From Octopus vulgaris (lineage: Eukaryota): 64,000 bases of DNA. Positions 48,038 through 60,914 of this stretch are shown here, in pieces. The stretch covers positions 38,006,001-38,070,000 of the forward strand of contig OX597827.1 in assembly GCA_951406725.2 (NCBI GenBank). Direction: 5' to 3'. Both the position numbers and the translations under genes were made by a program. Numbering within the stretch: position 1 is the stretch's first letter; every line of letters starts with the position of its first letter. The notes beneath the pieces are model-generated. The model was given only the letters and a program-made list of their open reading frames with translations, had not been told where the DNA came from and ran no database searches.

Positions 48038-49689
48038 TATTTGCTAATTAGAAAGTTTTTTTATATTTGTTTTTAAATTAAATCATTTTAAAAAGTACCA
48101 TTGTAGTTTCTTGTTTTTTAATATTTCTTTAAATTTTGCTTTTGTTTTGTTTTTGTTATAAAGTACCCTTGTTTGTTTTTTAATACTTTCAGATGTGCCT
48201 ATCTAAGGTGAATCAATTTTCATAGAGGTTTTATAACATTGCTGCTATATGCCATGGACATATTGCATAACATTTTATTTGTGAGTGTATATAATGTGTT
48301 CATCTGTAACTGATATATTTACCCTGTTTGCTCTTTTCCCTCTTCTTTGTTCTCATTAGAGACTAGCAAAAAATTCAATATCTCTAACTGTAGTGAAGGT
48401 ATCTTTCTCCCTACCCACCCTGAAACTAAAAAGCAGGACGCAGGAAGTGTCCTTCACAAGGAAGTAGATTGGGAAAATCGTTAGACTCTTGGGCCAGAAT
48501 GCTTCACAGTATTTATTCTGACTCTCTGCACTCTCAGTCCAAATCCCTCCCTGGTAAACTTTGCCATTCATGTTTTCAGGGTTAATAATGGTAGATTGGC
48601 AGATCTTGGATCAAGTAGGACATCTGGCAGTATCTGTTCTGGAACTTTGTGGAACAGATACAGACTGGTCTTTCTATTGGATAAATATTAATGGTGTGAA
48701 TAGGGTAACTGCTATCTTTAAGAAAGCTTACCTTATTTTAAAAATGCATGTGCAGATGTATATTCAACATAGACTAACCAAGACCCTATCAACCTCCACA
48801 GTTTAGCTGTCGATACAAATATTGCTAAGAACTTTCTAGCTCATGTAAAATATTTTTCAGCCTCACACAAATACCACAAAATTTTCAATGCTTACAATAT
48901 TAATTTAGCTATTCTTACCTAGATAACACATACTTTAAACAGTACAGAAATATTTGTTTAATAACATTTTATTTGTACTGTGAGTGTACACAATCTGTTC
49001 ATCTGTAGATTGCATTTTCCCCTCATTTGCTCTCATTAGAGACCAGCAAGAAATTTGATATCTCTAACCAAAGTGAAGGCACCTGTCTTGAAGAAACTCA
49101 TCAGTATAAAAGAATTTCCCTCTTGTTTAATAGATATAGCAACTTGTGAAGAAGAGAATTAAAAGTGATACATGGTGGGCAGTCCCAAATACTAACTGTG
49201 ACTATGTAATATTGTTTTTTCCTCACTGCTTACTTATTTCTAGTGAGCTTTTTTTAATAATCCTTGGAAGGGTTCACAAAATAAGAACATCTAGCTGTAA
49301 AACAAAGGATGAATAAGTAATTATTCAATCTATGCTAGCATGAAAAAATGGACATAGAATGAATGAACAAATTTATTTATTGCTTTTCAAGTAAAGGTTA
49401 TTTCTGAAGCACTTATTCTCTAAATACTTCTGGTTTCTTACAATATACAATAATTTACTTACTGAAATATTTATCACTGTTTCAGCAATTATGGTGAAGA
49501 TTTATGCTTCAATAATGAGGACAGAATTATATTGAAATATAGCTAGAGTTGACTCCCATGCCTGCTACAAGACTGACAACACTATTAGTTATTATTCTTC
49601 AAGACTAAAAACTTAATTTTTTGAGGTTGCTTACATTAAATATGTTAACACTAACTTATTGTTGCTGGCTTTTCATGCCGATGGTGCTA

Positions 49690-50199
49690 GCATAACTTGC
49701 AAGAAGTGTTTCGCACCCTGGATGATGCTTTTATGGAGCAGCATGGTGTTGCTAGAGTGTGTGCCACAGAGGTAACTCTTGAGCTTTCCACTTACTGGGA
49801 CAACAAGCCTACACAGGACGGATCTGTTCAGTTTCGCTCACAGATTAAAAAATTATCTTTTTTAACTAAACAGTTTGAAACTTCGTATACTGGTGTAATT
49901 TCTCATGCTGAACACGGTTCACTTTCAACATTTTTGACAAAATTTCGTATCTTAGAAGTTATTTCGTGTTAAAGTTGTCCTATTTGTGTAATTTTAACCA
50001 ATCAAAGAGGATATGAAAAGTGTAAACAATTACAACTAAGAACCATAAGAAGGTAGTAAAAATATTTTTTTATTTCGAGATTTGGAAATTAACTAAATTT
50101 GGGACATTTAGCGTGTCCCTGAAAGATCAGTACGGGACAGGAGACAAAATTATCAAATATGGGCCACATCCCTTATATAAGGGACGTCTGGCAACCCTA
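49690..50199 (+). mobile_element. Degenerate hAT-like DNA transposon remnant with one TIR
   Basis: GGGACGTCTGGCAACCCTA (reverse complement TAGGGTTGCCAGACGTCCC) is a hAT-type terminus. A decayed ATEVTL..FH transposase-like stretch lies upstream. Confidence 0.45.
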
Positions 50200-50504
50200 A
50201 CCTAATGTTATTTTGCACGCTATTGACTCATCACCAATAGCCACATATGGTCAGATCTCTTTACGCCTTGACATAAATCTTCGTCGAGATTTTCAGTGGG
50301 TTTTTGTCATTGCTGACATTCCGCATCCTATTTTAGGAGCGGATTTTCTAAATAACTTTGATTTATTGGTAGATGTCAGACGTCGGAGGCTAGTCGACAG
50401 TTCAACTACACTCTCCACGCCGACCAGAGAATCTACCGATTCAGCTCTTAGCCCGACATTTATTGTTTCTACATCTGGAGATGTTTTTCATTCTCTTTTG
50501 GCTT

Positions 50505-53500
50505 TGTAGTGATGCTGCTGTGTATGGTTCAGCGCGCATGCGTAGAATGGGACTACTTCCGGGTGGCCACCGGAAGTCTTCCCCATGCGCATGTGCGGGA
50601 AACTGACCCCTAAAATACCGTCCACTCATTCAGTCTCTCTGGCCCTGATAGCCCTCGTGAACAGACGCGCATTGGCAGTCTCTGAGAACTATGCACTGAC
50701 TTAGCAGCGGACCACATCGAACCACTTCGACCAGCCAACAAGAAGCAGTACAACAGATTCGGCTGTCGGTCCCCCTCAGAAATACGTACACCAGATCTAC
50801 ACCATCACGAGTAATAAAACAACATTTGCTGTCTTTCCCAGATAACCTGACTTCGTCTGTTATATTTAACTAAATTGAATGTGACGGGATCAGATCGGAC
50901 ATCCCTTCAGTGATATCGATTCCAGATCCTGTTACAATTGGTGACCCCGAGTAAAAAAAAAAAGAACAGAAGACGCAGCGAACAGGTTTTGCCAGTTAGC
51001 ACACTGAACACTCAGTTTCATTATCATTTTCTTTTCCTTTCAGGACAGCGAAGGTGCGTACAAACAAAAGTTTTATCCATCGCACTCAGTACACTGAAAA
51101 AAAAAAAACAAAACACACACACACATTATTTTTTTTCTTTTCTGTAGCTTTTGTTTTTCCTTTGTGCACACACACACCTATTTCTTTACTACCCACGAGG
51201 TGCACACACACACACACCAGTACACAAAACACGATTTTTTTTTGGTTTGCTTTGTCGGTTCCACGTGTTCTCCACTTCTCGTTCTTACCTTCTGCCCCTT
51301 TCTGACAGGCGATTTTTCGGACAAACATGGCTGCATCAGGTTTGCCTTCATTCACAGGGGATGCGGGTCTGTGGCTTGCCCATGTGGAGTCGCATTTTGC
51401 CGCACATGCCGTTCCTCCACAGCAGCAGTTGCATCTGCTATATTCGAGTTTGCCTTCCCGACTCGCCACATCGGTCAGGGATCTCATAATGAGTCCCCAC
51501 CCTGACGCCGCATACGCGTCAGTAAAAGCCGAAATCCTCCGCCGCAACACGCGGTCGGAGGAGAGTCAATTTAATGAGCTGATGGCCGACGAACAGTTGG
51601 GGGACAGGACTCCATCCCAGTTCCTGCACCACCTAAGGGAGCTAAGCGGGAACGGAGCAGACGCACCACTCTTGCGGAAGATTTTCTTCTCCAGGTTGCC
51701 TGCCCACGTGCAGACAATGTTGGCCACGGCACTGGAGTCTGTGTCAGTAGACCAGATTGCCACGATGGCCGATAAAATATTAGAATTTTCGGGACCATCT
51801 CCATCGCGAGGCCTGTACGCATGTACAGAGCCCCCTCCGACATTTTCTCCGACACAAAATTCTCTAGCCGAGAGGATCGATGCACTTACGCAGTGAATCA
51901 ATGATCTGTGGCGTGCGATCGGGCGCCGACCTCGCAGTCGTAGTCGCAGTGGCTCTGTTTCTCGTAGTCGGAGTGACTCTGTTTCTCGTTCCGGCTGGTG
52001 CTGGTACCATTCCAAGTATGCCGAAAAGGCAGAACGGTGTACCCAGCCGTGCACTTTCCAGCCCTCGGGAAACTAAATCAGGAGGAGGTGAGCACGTCAC
52101 CTTCTTTCTCGTTTCCCAAAAATCGTGCGTTCTTTGTAAAAGATCTTGTGTCGAAGAAATTCTTCATGGTGGACACTGGCTCTTGTTGCAGCATCTGGCC
52201 CCTTCGTCTGACTGCAGACAAGCCCAAGCGCTCTTCAATTGTCTTGCATGCCATTGACTCGTCTCCCATAACCACCTTCGGTCAGATTTCGCTGCGCCTC
52301 GACATCAACCTTCGTCGAGATTTTCAATGGGTTTTCGTCATCGCTGACATCCCGCATCCTATTCTCGGCGCTGATTTCTTGGATAGATTTAATCTATTGG
52401 TGGATGTCAGGCGTCGGAGGCTTCTTAACAGCACGACGTCGCTCTCGACGCCGACTGGGAGTTCCACCAATGCGGTCCTTAGCCCGACATTCTTTGTTGC
52501 CACCTCTGGAGACGTTTTTCACTCTCTTTTGGCTTCATTTCCGGAGCTATTGGATATTGCCTTTCAACCGGAAAAGCCTACCCACTCGACCCTTCATTTT
52601 ATCACCACCACTGGGCCGCCTGTTTTTTCGCGCCCACGGCGCCTTGCGCCTGACCGTCTAAAGACGGCTAGGGCCGAGTTTGAGCACATGCTTCAACTTG
52701 GCCTTATACGCCCCTCCACCAGCCCATGGGCGTCTCCCCTTCATTTGGCGCGAAAGGGCGAGTCTGATTTTCGCCCGGTAGGAGACTATCGACGCCTCAA
52801 TGCCGTAACAATAGCCGACAGGTATCCAATCAGAATTATACAGGACTTTACGGCAAATCTCCATGGTTGTACCATTTTTTCGAAGGTCGACCTTATACGC
52901 GCGTACCATCAAATACCGGTCAACCCAGCCGACGTTCCGAAAACTACGATCACTACCCCTTTTGGGTGTTTTGAGTTTTTGTATATGAGTTTCGGTTTGC
53001 GGAATGCTACCAGCACTTTCCAGCGTTTCATTGATGAGGTTGTCCGCGGTATTTATTTTGTGTTTGCCAATGTCGATGATATACACATTGCGAGCGACAC
53101 ACGTGAAAATCATCTCCAGCACCTTTCTCAGTTTTTTCAGCGTCTTCGCGCTTATAGTATACGTATAAATCCCGACAAGTGTGTTTTCGGACGCTCTTCT
53201 CTAGATTTTCTAGGCCATCATATTGATTCGAGTGGAATCAGCCCTCTGTCGTCAAAGGTCGATGCCATTCAACGCATCGCACCTCCCACTTCCTTGCGCC
53301 AGCTCAGGCATTATCTAGGGATGATCAATTTCTACAGACGTTTTATTCCCGGTTGTGCAGATAAGCTACTTCCTCTCACCAGGCTATTAAAGGACACTCC
53401 TAGAAAGGACGGTCAAGTCACCCTCTCTGTTGAGGCAGTGACAGACTTTGAGTCCATTAAGAAGGAGCTGGCTTCTGTTTCTTTGCTTGCACATCCGGTT

Positions 53501-55865
53501 CCTGGTGCTTCTCTCTCTTTGACTGTAGACGCATCGGACACTGCGATTGGCGCTGTGTTACAACACACAGTGGATGATCATATTCGACCTCTGGCTTTCA
53601 TTTCCCGTCAACTGCAACCAGCTGAACGACGATACAGCACCTTTGATCGTAAGCTCCTAGCGATCTATCTATCGGTTCGTCATTTCCAGCATCAACTTGA
53701 AGGGCGAGATTTTGTGATCTATACGGATCACAAGCCCCTTACGTTTGCCCTGTGTTCAAAAACGGACAAACTCTCACCTCGTGCCTTCCGGCACCTGGAT
53801 TTATCTCTCAATTTACTAGTAACATTCGACACATACCTGGAAAAGAGAACGTTCCTGCTGACGCTCTCTCTCGCCTTCTAGTCTGCACCCTTTCGTCTCC
53901 TGCTGCTATCGACTTAAGTGCCATCTCGCAGGAGTAGCCACCTTTGGCGTCGTTAGACTTAACTTCGCCCAGGTTCTCCTGTTGCCAGTTTTCCCACCCT
54001 CCGCTTCCGTCAGCCGAAGGCACCATTCTCGGTGATACTTCCACTGGTTCTCCCAGGCCACTCGTGCCTGAGAATCATCAACGCTCAGTGTTTGAAGCAC
54101 TGCACTCCTTATCACATCCTGGCATCGCTGCCACCCTTAAGCTGATCACTGCTCGGTTTTTCTGGCCGAATATGCGTCGCACTATTACTTCTTGGACACG
54201 CACCTGCTCCAAGTGTCAACGGTCCAAGATTCAACGGCACGTTCGTGCCCCGCTTGGACATTTTCGCCCCTACGGAGGCCCGTTTTCGCCATGTCCACAT
54301 CGATCTGGTTGGACCATGGCATGTGAGTCGCGGGTTTTCTTATCTGTTAACTTGTGTCGATCGTTTCTCCCGCTGGACAGAAGCCATTCCGATAGCAGAC
54401 ATTTCTACTGAGACTGTTGCGCGAGCCTTCGTTTCGAACCGGATTTCCCGTTTCGGAGTTCCGTCCAGATTGACTACAGATTGTGGACGTCAGTTTGAAG
54501 CTTCGCTATTTCGCGAATTGTCGCGCATTTTAGGTGTGCATCATATCCACACTACCAGCTATCATCCAGCGTCTAATGGATTAGTTGAACGGTTCCATAG
54601 ACAGCTTAAGGCCGCTCTTCGTGCCTCTTCAGATCCACAGTCCTGGATTGAATTTCTGCCAATTGTGCTTCTCGGTTGTCGCACTGCTGTCAAGGCAGAC
54701 CTGGGATTTTCTTCTGCAGAGCTACTGTATGGTACCACTCTGGCATTGCCTGGTACGATGTTGGTGCCAGACACTTCCCAGCCCCATGATCCGGCGACCT
54801 ATGTCGCCAGACTGCGTTCCTATTTTTCGAATCTTCCACCCATGGTTCCCAGGAAACAATCTCCACCATCCCATCTCTCACCGGATATGGACACTTGGTC
54901 GCATGTTTTTGTTCGGAACGACTCTGTCAAGGGACCACGTGTTTCTCCTTATAAAAGACCTTTCCGTGTGCTTTCTCGAACACCTAAGGTTTTCACCATT
55001 GAAATAAATGGTCATTCGGAGACTGTTTCCGTGGACCGACTGAAGAAAGCATACTTTGAGGCGTCTTCATCTTTTGATGACAACGTTGCCACACCCACCT
55101 ATGCACCTTTAACAACACCTTCACCAGCGCCGACACCTTCACCTGCACAAACACATTCACCTGCACAGACACCTTTGCCTTCACCGGCTCCCACAACACC
55201 ACCTTCGCCGTCAACGGTGCCCCGAGCACACCGTATGTTACAAGATCGGGCAGAACAGTGCATTGGCCAAAGAAACTCTCAAAGACAATTTATATTTGAC
55301 TTTCTTTCAAATTTCTTGTTTTTTGTAGTATATTGTGTACCAAATCTTCTGGGGGATCGGCAAGCCGTCTGTTTTTCTGCAGCACCACTACAAATTTTCT
55401 TGTTTTCGTACTTCCGCACTCGAGGGGGAGCCATGTAGTGATGCTGCTGTGTAAGGTTCAGCGCGCATGCGTAGAATGGGACTACTTCCGGGTGGCCACC
55501 GGAAGTCTTCCCCATGCGCATGTGCGGGAAACTGACCCTTAAAACACCGTCCACTCACTCAGTCTCTCTGGCCCTGGCAGCCCTCGTGAACAGACGCGCA
55601 TTGGCAGTCTCTGAGAACTACGCAGCGACTTAGCAGCGGACCACATCGAACCACTTCGACCAGCCAACAAGAAGCAGTACAACAGATTCGGCTGTCGGTC
55701 CCCCTCAGAAATACGTACACCAGATCTACACCATCACGAGTAATAAAACAACATTTGCTGTCTTTCCCAGATAACCTGACTTCGTCGGTTATATTTAACT
55801 AAATTGAATGTGACGGGATCGGATCGGACACCCCTTCAGTGATACCGATTCCAGATCCTGTTACA
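50505..55865 (+). mobile_element. Ty3/Gypsy LTR retrotransposon copy B (full length, defective)
   Basis: 432-bp LTRs at 50505-50936 and 55434-55865; TSD GCTT; PBS TGGTGACCCCGA; PPT GAGGGGGAG; gag from 51327 with a premature TGA at 51894; pol with YVDD->NVDD and frameshifts. Confidence 0.97.
52067..52110 (+). promoter_or_regulatory. -1 programmed ribosomal frameshift signal (gag-pol)
   Basis: Slippery heptamer G GGA AAC directly before the gag TAA, followed by the stem-loop AGGAGGAGGTGA-GCACG-TCACCTTCTTTCT. pol is in the -1 frame. Confidence 0.75.
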
Positions 55866-57939
55866 GCTTCTTTTCCAGAGCTACTTGATATTACCTTTAA
55901 AATGGCAAAACCCGTACACTCGACACTCCATTTTATTACAACTACTGGGCCGCCTGTTTTTTCGCGCCTACGGCGTCTTGCACCTGACCGTCTTAAAACG
56001 GCTAAGGCTGAGTTTGAGCATATGCTCCAGCTTGGTCTGATACGCCCATCCCCCAGTCCATGGGCTTCACCCCTTCATTTAGTTCGAAAAGGGGATACAG
56101 ATTTTCGTCCGGTGGGAGATTATCGGCGTCTAAATTCCGGACAGATATCCAATTATGAATCTCAATGACTTTTCAGCAAATCTCCATGGCTGTACCATTT
56201 TTTCTAAGGTTGACCTCATACGTGCTTATCATCAAATACCGGTCAACCCAGACGATGTTCCTAAAACGGCAATTACCACTCCTTTCGGTTGTTTCGAATT
56301 TCTATACATGAGTTTTGGTTTGCGGAACGCCTGTAGTACGCTCCAACGTTTTATAGATGAAGTTGTTCGTGGACTTGATTTTGTTTTCGCGTATGTCGAT
56401 GATATTCTCATCGAAAGTGATACACATGAAAATCATCTCCAGCACTTGTCTAAGCTTTTTCAGCGTCTTCGCGACTATGGTGTTCGCATTAATCCAGACA
56501 AGTTTTTTGGGGGCAATCATCTCTTGATTTTCTCGGTCATTATATTGATTCGAGTAGAATCAAACCACTCTCGTCTAAAGTCGATGCAATTCAGCGCATC
56601 GCACCACCTTCTTCTTTGCGTCAACTTCGCCATTTTTTGGGTATAGTTAATTTCTATCGACGCTTCATAAACCGGTGTGCGGACAAGTTGTTTCCTTTAA
56701 CGCAGATGCTAAAGGGCAATTCTAAAAAGGACGCCCGTCTTACTCTTTCAGCTGAAGCACTGTCTGCCTTTGAGTTAGTTAAAAAGGAACTAGCTTCAGT
56801 TCCTGTTTTAGCACATCCGGCTCCTGATGCTCCACTTACTTTATCTGTGGACGCATCAGATTCTGCAGTTGGCGCTGTCTTGCAGCACACCATAGATGGT
56901 GAAACTAAACCTTTGGCTTTCTTCTCTTGCCAGCTAATTGGATTTCTAGGTATGGTGTACCGTCCAGTTTAACCACAGATCGTGGTCGAGAATTCGAAGC
57001 GGTTTTATTTCGTGAGTAATCACGAATCCTGGGGATGCATCATATACGCACCACTAGTTACCATCCCGCTTCTAATGGGATGGTGGAGCGTTTCCACAGG
57101 CAACTTAAGGCCGCGTTGCGTGCCTCGCCGAATCCACAGTCGTGGACTGAATTTCTTCCTATCGTCCTGCTTGGATGTCGGACTGCGATTAAAACAGATC
57201 TTGGTTTTTCTTCTGCCGAGCTCTTGTATGGTACCACACTGGCATTGCCTGGTACGATGTTGGTGCCAGACAAGTCACAGTTTCTTAATTTAGAGTCTTA
57301 TGTTGCTCGACTATGCAGATATTTTTCTGCCCTTCCTCCAATGGGCCCTCGACACCAAAATCCTCCTTCTAATGTGCCATCAGATCTTGAGTCTTGGACG
57401 CATGTTATTGTTCGTGATGATTCTGTCAAAGGACCTCTTGTTTCTCCTTATAAAGGACCTTTTCGTGTGATTTCCCGAACGCCGAAAGTGTTAAAACTTG
57501 ACATTAACGGTCGTTCGGAGACCGTCTCCGTAGACCGTCTTAAAAGGGCATATTTTGAGGTGTCCACATCTTTTGATGACCCCACTTCCACAACCATCGT
57601 TGAACCTTCACATGCACCTTTGACAACACCACCATTCACACATGCACCTTTGACAACACCACCATTTACACATGCACCTTTATCAACACCAACATCGTCG
57701 TCGCAGCCCGCATCGAACAAACCTTATGTTATGAGGTCAGGCAGAACTGTTCACTGGCCAAAGAAACTTTCAAAGACGATTTATATTTAACATTCTCAAT
57801 TGACTATATTGTAGATTGCTATAAGATACAAAGGGAGGCAGATAAAATCTGCCTTTTATAATAAGAGATCCCTTGGTTCTGGGCGTGCAAGGCTGAACTT
57901 TAACGCTGTAAGATTTTACAATGTTCAACTGCAAACAGA

Positions 57940-58300
57940 ACTGGTCAAAATGGCGTCCTTAGGGAGCGAAGATAATACGCGTCTGCTTCAATGAAAGGCT
58001 TTCTGCTGTCTGCTGACTGCTATGTGTCCCTCTGGACGCTCAGTTGGTCAACGTTTTACGCTCCTTTGCCTCTTTGTTAAGGTTCGCCTTCCCCTGCCAT
58101 TCAACTAATGCCACGACAGCAAATCTGTTCTTCCGGTCATCGCGCATGCGCGAGAGGGCCCTTCCCTTCCGCCTTCGCGTATGCGCGAGAGAGCGTTGCG
58201 CGCGCGCACCGTTGTATTGATCACTACAAATCTATTTACCACGCTCTGTATTTAGACACCCACACATTTTCCGTTTTGTTGCTAGGAAACCATTAACTGT
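57940..58300. promoter_or_regulatory. CpG-rich housekeeping-type promoter, repeated in each array unit
   Basis: YY1-like CAAAATGGCG, ETS CTTCCGG, NRF1 GCGCATGCGC and RFX X-box-like GTTGCTAGGAAAC, upstream of an ATG exon. Confidence 0.6.
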
Positions 58301-58416
58301 TGCAGATAGTGTTCTATTTTTATAAGACATCAGTGCTAGTTGCTGGCCTCTTAAGACGCCCGACCGCTATTTTAAATACACTCAAGCCTGCTTGCTGCTT
58401 AGATAATTTTATCGTC

Positions 58417-58469
58417 ATGTCTGACTATCCTGTGAAAAAAGGACGTGAACCCGGGGTACATGAGACACG
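58417..58469 (+). pseudogene. RNASEH1: RNase H1 first coding exon, copy 1 (degenerate)
   Basis: ATG..MSDYPVKKGREPGVHET-CG|gtgaga matches the hybrid-binding-domain start (F/Y)YAVxxGRxxGV(Y/F)xxW. Its phase-2 donor fits the exon at 18785. Confidence 0.8.
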
Positions 58470-58617
58470 GTGAGACAATATTATTATTAATAATTATTTG
58501 CTCATATAATTTGCCATTAATAGCCGACGAGAATGTATCGTGGCTCTCCACTCCGATATTCGAAACTTTGAGTACTATAATGACAACCTTTTACTGTTTG
58601 TTCTAAATTATAATATA

Positions 58618-59002
58618 CTAGCAGTATCGCCCGGCGTTGCTCGGGTTTGTAAGAGAAATAACTATATAAGCATTTTTAGAGAGAAATAGCAAAACAATGC
58701 ATTAAAAATGAAAAGAAAATTAAGGTAAATTTTTTTTTTAAATCGTTGACACATCGTAGATATTTCTAGAGAGTTACTTCCCTTATATAATAGCGAAAAA
58801 ATGCATTAAAATGGAAAAATATGATGGTAAATTTTTTTTAAATCGTAGACTCATCGTAGACGCGCGCTAATACGCAGAAGGGCTCGATATGACTCACGAC
58901 TATAAGATACCCGGTTTTGGTTACACTGCACCGCAAAATGTGGGAGTAGTTAGGAATCTAAATCGTAGGAGACAGACACACAACCTTTCTTTTATATATA
59001 AA
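58618..59002 (-). mobile_element. Non-autonomous Helitron (also at about 61063-61457 and 63003-63397)
   Basis: A|CTAGCAGTATCGCCCGGCGTTGCTCGGG is the reverse complement of the hairpin + CTAG end seen at 48010-48037. Confidence 0.8.
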
Positions 59003-59514
59003 CTAGCAGTATCGCCCGGCGTTGCTCGGGTTTGTAAGGGAAAAAACTATATAAGCATTTTTAGAGAGTTACTTCCCTTATAGATGCCAATTCGGGCTTT
59101 CTTAGCCATTTTTGTTTTGGTGTCTTCAAGCCATGAAGTCGTTGTTCTGAAAGAACGCTGGTTTCCTTCACAACGCATTACGACGTTGATTTCTTTACAC
59201 TCCCTTCCCCACAGCTTCACGAGGGAGGGAAGGGGGCGAAGCAAACAGGTGCAGCTGTGAGCGTGGACGCCAACTCCGCCGCCATCGACACACGATGCAT
59301 TTTATGTATTAAAATGGAATAAAAAATGATGTTAAATTATTTTTAAAATCGTAGACTCATCGTTGACGCGGGCTAATAGGCAGACGGGCTCGATATGAAT
59401 CACGACTATAAGATACCCGAATTTGGTTAAATTGCACCGCAAAATGTGGGAGGAGTTAGGAATCTAAATCGAAGGGGACAGACACTCACACAACTAGAGT
59501 TTTATATATATAGA
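59003..59514 (-). mobile_element. Non-autonomous Helitron inserted in array unit 1 only
   Basis: TC 5' end at 59514, CTAG 3' end at 59003, inserted between A and T. The empty site is present in units 2 and 3. Confidence 0.9.
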
Positions 59515-60861
59515 TATTTTCGTCCTAAAAAACTTTGTATGGATTGAATGGTTACCTCTATGGAAATATATACACGCACATTATACATACATGTGTGTAT
59601 AGATGAATATATAAATACATTTAAATATCTATATACACTTTTGGGCGATCTTTCTGTTTCTTAGAGATAACTTTATCCCGTCAGTTTCGCTCCAAAATTT
59701 ACAGGGACATGTAGAATGAGGTGACGATGCTCGTGGGCTACGTTAGAAATCCATATCTTAAAAGGTGTGGTTGCTAGGGGCCATCTTCCTCACTCACCCT
59801 ATTTCCTCCAGTACCCTGTCACTCCTCTTCATTTGACAGGCCACTACGGTTATTTAATATAAAGTCTTCCTCAAATCACTCTCTCGCTATTTACTCTCTT
59901 CCAACAACATTTTCACTCACTCTTATCTCTTAGCTTCCCATACATTTTACTCATGTATCTATCAGCGTCATAGACAGAAACAAATATTACATCGCCATCG
60001 CCATCGCATTCTATTGTCTACCTGTCAACACACACACAGTGAATTACTTTCACTTTATTCGTAGCACACTGTGTGTGTGCGTACGCGTGTGCTGTAGCCC
60101 ACACTAAGAAAAGCATTTGACATACACACCACAATGTGAGTTTTCTCTAAATTTTGCTTAATTGGGGTTGAAATTTTAAAAACTGGACCTGGCACGACCC
60201 GATGCATTCTACTCTTAAAAATGCTAGGTAAATTGTAATTGAAGAAATCCTATATTGTAGATTTCTATAAGATACAAAGGGAGGCAGATAAAATCTGCCT
60301 TTTATAATAAGAGATCCCTTGGTTCTGGGCGTGCAAGGCTGAACTTTAACGCTGTAAGATTTTACAATGTTCAACTGCAAACAGAACTGGTCAAAATGGC
60401 GTCCTTAGGGAGCGAAGATAATACGCGTCTGCTTCAATGAAAGGCTTTCTGCTGTCTGCTGACTGCTATGTGTCCCTCTGGACGCTCAGTTGGTCAACGT
60501 TTTACGCTCCCTTGCCTCTTTGTTAAGGTTCGCCTTCCCCTGCCATTCAACTAATGCCACGACAGTAAATCTGTTCTTCCGGTCATCGCGTTGCGCGAGA
60601 GGGCCCTTCCCTTCCGCCTTCGCGTATGCGCGAGAGAGCGTTTCGCGCGCGCACCGTTGTATTGATCACTACAAATCTATTTACCACGCTCTGTATTTAG
60701 ACACACACACATTTTCCGTTTTGTTGCTAGGAAACCATTAACTGTTGCAGATAATGTTCTATTTTTATAAGACATCAGTGCTAGTTGCTGGCCTCTTAAG
60801 ACGCCCGACCGCTATTTTAAATACACTCAAGCCTGCTTGCTGCTTAGATAATTTTATCGTC

Positions 60862-60914
60862 ATGTCTGACTATCCTGTGAAAAAAGGACGTGAACCCGGG
60901 GTACATGAGACACG
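60862..60914 (+). pseudogene. RNASEH1: RNase H1 first coding exon, copy 2
   Basis: Identical to 58417-58469. Confidence 0.8.

Larger units (their letters stand above)
50206..57790 (+). mobile_element. LTR-less Gypsy copy C (pol fragment), split by copy B
   Basis: 50206-50504 (HAIDSSPIATYGQISL) continues at 55866 ([36 protein letters not shown]). Internal deletion between RNase H and integrase near 56935. Confidence 0.9.

Noticed and set aside
57870-58410. snRNA, 5S, SL or telomerase RNA gene as the reason for the tandem array
   Set aside because: I saw no U1, U2, U4, U5, U6 or 5S signature and no telomere template. Promoter motifs plus the RNase H1 exon explain the segment better. An Rfam scan would settle it.
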